DNA of 64,000 nucleotides. Source: Octopus vulgaris (lineage: Eukaryota). The position numbers and the translations under genes are program-made. Below, one piece after another: positions 57,181 through 64,000 of the stretch (its first letter is position 1; each line of letters begins with the position of its first letter). The notes beneath the pieces are model-generated. The model saw only the letters and a list, made by a program, of their open reading frames with translations. It searched no databases and was not told where the DNA came from. Location: NCBI GenBank assembly GCA_951406725.2, contig OX597830.1:28024001-28088000 (forward strand). The letters are read 5' to 3'.

Positions 57181-57900
57181 TGTGTTTAATAAAATGAAGT
57201 AGCATGAAACAATTGTACTACTCTGCCCTTGGATATCCTTGTTGCTTATTTTGATTATATATATATACCTATACATATTTACATACACCACAATTACACT
57301 ATATATAATATTACGTGTGTGTGTAGATGCTTGGGTCTGTGTGTTGGTATCTTTACGTTCCCGTAACTTAGAAATTGGACGAAAAATATCGATAGATTAT
57401 ATACTAGGCTTTGAAAATACAAGTTCTATAAAATGTCGGTTCATTCGACTAAAAACTCTTTGTTGGGCGATTACCAAGTTTGGCCGCAGGCTAATGACTA
57501 AAACAAGTAAACGATAGAAAAAAGAAAGTTATAAGTATATATGACGGATTTCTTTCTGTTTAACAAGTGAAATCACAAGGTTTCAGGCTATAATAAAAAG
57601 TGCGAGCTCAAAGTACCAATGAACTAGGAACCATCTGGTTGGGCAGCGCTTCTGGGCATATTAAATACATACAGGATTATATGCTTTTAAGCACGCACAT
57701 GCACACATACACACGAACACCCGCCCACACATCCACACTCATATACATAAACCTATGCACATGTTTGCGTCTGTATTTGAAATTATGTAGGTGTATATTT
57801 ATTGTACTTATACATATATGTATATATGTGTTGTTCATACACATACCACACGCACACACATATATATACATTAATCTGTATAATTATAAATATAGATATA

Positions 57901-57944
<44 letters not shown>

Positions 57945-59058
57945 CATGTAAAAATCTTTGTGTCAATGATATATTTAACAACATACGTATAAATACATAT
58001 ATCTAAACAAACTTATAAGACTATATATGGGCATAAACATACGAATTCATATAAAGACATAAATACAAATTCATATATACGTATATATATATATGATTTT
58101 ATATATATATACATATATACATATATGTATATATATGTTTGTTTATATACACACGGATATATGTATGTATGTATACATATGTATATATATATAAATATAT
58201 ATACATACATATATATATACGTATATGTATATATATACATATATTCATATATATATGTATATATTTATACACACACACACACATACATATATATGTATGC
58301 AAGTATATACATTTGTGCGAGACTGTGTGTGTCTTTGTCTTTACTTATAGGCACCATGTGTTTGTGGCATCGTAATGTATTTATTCCTTTTCACATCTTG
58401 CATCAAACATCAAGCATTAATCCCCTATAGATTTGTTTAAATATGTGTTGGGCTGTAGAAGGAGGGGGCCACCCAGTAAGACTTGTCTGATCCCATCATT
58501 TCTTTTATGAACCACCCCAAACACCCAAACCAAACCCTCTAACCTTCTGACGCTTTACCAAAGGGATTGGCCCGACCTAGATTAGGAAGCTAGGATGGAT
58601 GTAGGGAAATTTAGGACAGACATTGGGAAGCTGACGTAATTTGACGGGTAAATGCAGGTAGATTTACTTGTAATTTTTGCGTTGCTTTTATGAAGGTTTA
58701 AGTAATTGACGAAAACATGGCCATGACATTTCTTCTGCAACATTCTCCTAGAATTTTCTTCAGATTTCAAAGAATTACGAAACATACCGACAATGACAAG
58801 CACTGTAAAGATAAAAGGATAAAAATAATAATACACGAACGAAAAGCATAAACATTTTTTTGTACCATTCTTTATACCATTTTCCTAAAATAGATATGAA
58901 TTCCAGAAAATTAAATTCATATACGTATGCATTATATACAAATACAACTAATATAAACAAGGAGTTACATATAGTATCAATTATGATGTACATTAATTGG
59001 ACGCTAAAACGATGTTTGTACAGAAGGATTACAATGGATTACATATTCGCCCAGTATG

Positions 59059-59103
<45 letters not shown>

Positions 59104-59441
59104 GTATGTTTATATGTGTATGTGTGTATATTCATGTAAATGTAGACACAAACACACACACACACACATATGCATATGCTTTTGAATTTCGGTTGAATAT
59201 TGAAAAAACATGTTAGTCAACCGTAGATTTAAGGATCTAATTTTTGAAATGAATTTATCGTAGAGTCTCAGACGTGACATCACGAATGCAGGATGTCTTC
59301 TGTTGTTCGTTGCGTAATTAATTGGTATTAATCTGCAGTGATCACGTGGAATATTCCGGAGACATATAAATGAAATGTGGGACAACATGTCACCCGTCGG
59401 TTTATGAGTTGTTATACACACACACACACACACACACACGC

Positions 59442-59609
<168 letters not shown>

Positions 59610-59714
59610 CATACATATATACATATATATATACTTACATACATACACATATATATATACTTACATACATATATACATACATACTTACATACATATATAT
59701 GAATATGTATTGTG

Positions 59715-59918
59715 TGTTTGCCCCCCTCCACCAATCACTTGACAACTGATGCTAGTGTGTTTCCGTCCCCGTAACTAGCGGTTCGGCAAAAGAGACCGAC
59801 AGAATAAGTACTAGGCTTACAAAGAATAAGTCCTGGGGGTCGATTTGCTCGATTAAAAGCGGTGATCCAGCATGGCCGCAATCAAATAACTGAAACAAGT
59901 AAAAGAGTAAAGAGTAAA
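59715..59918 (+). mobile_element. SINE family A 3' half
   Basis: CACTTGACAAC..CCCCGTAACTAGCGGTTCGGCAAAAGAGACCGA...AAACAAGTAAAAGAGTAAAGAG. Confidence 0.88.
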
Positions 59919-60590
59919 GCGCATGCGTTTGTGTTTGTGTATGTATGTATACACTTACAAGAATATGAAACACATTGTTTCATAAATATTTGTTGATTAG
60001 TGTTAAGGAAGTGTTTTGTTACGAGCCACTAAATTTAGCCTAAACAATATACAAGTATACGACTGAGATCATTACGGTATGCAGATAGAACGAAGCTCGC
60101 TAACAACCCGATGAAAAGCGATATACAACAAGTAACAGTCGCAAAACAGGGTATGGTTTAAAATAAAACAACACACTTTGCAATTAGTAAAGCGACTAAT
60201 AGAGCCAAAGCAAATAGAGAGATCGTCAATGGAAAGTGATATCCCCATATAAATACAAAACACATGCGTTATTTGCTTGTTGACAATCTGGGAATTATAC
60301 TGTGGATGACTAATGAAACTAAAGCGGCAAACGATTTATCAAATGCTACAAAGATATTTATAGAGAATAACTTAATAAACAACTTTTAGAAACAGGCGGA
60401 TGAAATGGACACCCATTCAAAGAACGAGCACATTTCAACACGTATTAAAAAGCCCAAATTATAGGAACAAGAGTTCTAATGATAATAGTACCGTGAAATT
60501 GAAGTCGCAATACATACATGCATATACAAATGCATATCTATCTATCCATCCATCCATCATATATCTATCTATCTATCTATCTATCTATCT

Positions 60591-61636
60591 TGCATTCTAT
60601 AGGGGATTAGTGGAGGGGAGGTACGACGACGAGCTCGGGGCGAACCTTGAAATCGACGAGGAATACCTGACCCGCCTGTTCGGGACGACTTTCGGGCCAG
60701 GGCCCATGGACAACTTCCAGAGATCCCTGGCCTGGCAGTGCTACCGAGAAGCGCTACCCGTTCGGGATAAGCTCTACAGACACGGCTCGAGAAACACGGG
60801 GCCGACCTGCCCGAGATGCGGTCAGAGCGACGAAACCGTTCTGCATGTACTCGTGCAGTGTCCAACAATTTCCGAACTGTGGGCTTATGTCGAACAACTT
60901 GCTGTCACGTGTGGGACGAGTCGGTTTATCAGCTGAGTCTATCGTCAATATTGTCACGCCTCCTTCTTTCAAACGGGAAGGAAGGGCTATTTTCATCATC
61001 CTTGTGGCTATGGCGAAAGAATGTATCTGGTGGACGCGTCTGAAAGGATTGGAGACAAACACTTTCCTCTCTGGTCAACCTCTCATCAACTTCTTCAAGT
61101 ACCACTTGAAAAGGAAAGTGAGAGTAGAGAGGCAAGTTTTGTATAACGAACGTTTTAAAAAAGATGGGTGAATGTAGCAAGGATGGCACGTATGAATGAC
61201 AAAGCCACCTTGAGCATAATCCTATGAACCCAGAAATTGAAAACAGAGGGTTACCCACTTGCAAACAAATGTGGTAACATATAATAATATTGACCAAGGT
61301 TACCGTGGTCTTTTTCGTAGGCTTTTCTTCCCACGGATAATCCTTACTTGCTTTCTCCTTTACACCATACATCATGACACTGTGATACACGATCCCTATT
61401 GATCGTTTTTTTCCTCTTCCCCTTTTTTCTCTTTTTTCTTCTTTTTTCATTTTTCTTTTCTTTTGTTCCTTTTCCCTTTTTTCTTTTCCTTTTTCTTCTT
61501 TTTTCTCTCTTCTTTTTTCCTTTTACGATCCCTTTTGATCGAAAACCTACGCCACCTTTTTTTCTCCCCCAAAAGAAAAGCTCTACCTTGTAACTTGTCC
61601 CATATGTGTGCAGCCCTGTGTGGCCAATAAAGAAAC
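60591..61636 (+). mobile_element. 5'-truncated Tx1/L1-clade LINE: ORF2 C-terminal zinc finger (zf-RVT) region, stop at ~61227, 3' UTR and AATAAA
   Basis: LAWQCYREALPVRDKL...CPRCGQSDETVLHVLVQCPTISELW (CX2CX7HX4C), then AKECIWWTR and terminal KRWVNVARMARMNDKATLSIIL*; two frameshifts; GC-rich relative to the flanks. Confidence 0.88.
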
Positions 61637-61660
61637 TTATCTATCTATATATATATATAT

Positions 61661-62556
<896 letters not shown>

Positions 62557-62692
62557 ATTTTTGAACTAATGGATATATGTCGATGAGTGTGTTGAACTGT
62601 TGAGTAGAGCACTGGCACAGTTTGAGCCACCTGATGTGATGTCATCCATTGTCAGGATATATTTCCGTTGGAATTCTGCAGTGTTAGTTGAA

Positions 62693-62704
62693 ATAATAAT
62701 AATG

Positions 62705-62768
<64 letters not shown>
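62693..62768. repeat. (TAA)n microsatellite
   Basis: Visible directly. Confidence 0.95.
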
Positions 62769-62769
<1 letters not shown>

Positions 62770-63251
62770 TTCTTAAGTAACGAGAAGTTATGTATATATC
62801 TATATGAAGAGGACAAAGAAATAAGGCAATACGAAAAGTATATAGAGAAGAAGGGATGAGCTCCATCCATCCATCCACTGACATTTCAGTGTAAGCATGA
62901 TAGTCTAATAATTTTTTGTTGATCTAACCTAACGCAATATAGTAAAGGTTAGCCGATTGGTGACCCTCCATTCCTCATCAAGAATCGGGAAAAAGTTGAC
63001 CAATCTCTAGCAACTAACGAAAAACCCTGATTCATATATTAAGGCTACAGAATTTCATTCGGGTGTCTTGTCATAAGTGATCTGATCTGTCTAACAACAG
63101 ATGTGCATGAAACCCAACAGTGGATGAGAAGCACAGGACTCAAAGCAGAGACTGAAGAATTCTGAACTGCATCACACGACCAAATCCTTCCCAGAAATCA
63201 CCAAAAACCACACTCCACATTCGAGTTACCTCTATTTGCAGATCTTTGCAT

Positions 63252-63300
<49 letters not shown>

Positions 63301-64000
63301 TAGAATGGTTGTATAATGTCAATCTAACAAGAACGTGACAGTAGGGGGTACACCACCGCTGTATAGCCCTAGGAAGCATCGAACGCCTCCTGATAGCTTT
63401 GACACATTTTTTCCCTGTGTCCTTATATATATATATATATATATACACACAAACACACATATATTTATATATATATACATACACATATATGTATGTATAT
63501 GTATATATATGTATATACATACATATAAGCATATGTATATATGTGTGTGTGAGTGTGTGCTTGTATATATATATATATACACTATCAAACATATGCATAT
63601 GTACATGTGCAAAGTGATAGAAATTGAAATTAAGTGGGAAAATCAAATAGAGGAGGAGAAAGAAAGACAAAGACAAAGAAAGGAGAAAAAGAGAGAAAAA
63701 CTGTTTGGTTTGAGTAATTTCAAATTACTTCAATTATTTTTAAAAACTTATTTCGACCGAATTTCCTCAAGATATAATTGTATATATGTATGTAAGATTA
63801 TGTTACAAAATTTGCTTCGTTGTATGATCTAATATTTCTTGTATCTGAGCCACATGAAGCGAATAAGCAGTTCTCTACTTATCTTTGTTATAGTCAGACG
63901 GGGCGTGGCATAAATACCGAGTAGCAGTTAGCTTGTCTTGTTTATTTTCTATGCTTTCATCCCACTGGGCTCTGTGATGTCTGAGCTAAGGCACGTGCTC

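Overview
AT-rich, microsatellite-saturated eukaryotic DNA with no intact cellular gene that I can support. The SINE families and the density of (TA)n/(TATC)n/(CATA)n point to a cephalopod, most likely Octopus (inference). Nearly all ORFs in the track are simple-repeat artefacts. Real coding remnants are all transposon-derived: two R4/Dong-type RLE-LINE fragments, a Tx1/L1-type LINE 3' end (plus a second shorter copy) and a decayed Tc1/mariner transposase. The window also holds three tRNA-derived SINE families in many copies, a non-autonomous Helitron and several MITEs. The most notable signal is a set of type I hammerhead ribozyme (HHR) motifs in at least five sequence-distinct short elements. 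Most sit in or beside (TA)n tracts, and several show the fold-back or partial-tandem architecture of Penelope-like retroelements or retrozymes. A second theme is apparent microsatellite-specific insertion: Tx1-like copies end in (TATC)n, and an unknown ~500-bp element lies within (TAA)n. Coordinates were read by eye and may be off by a few bases; no database search or folding program was run.
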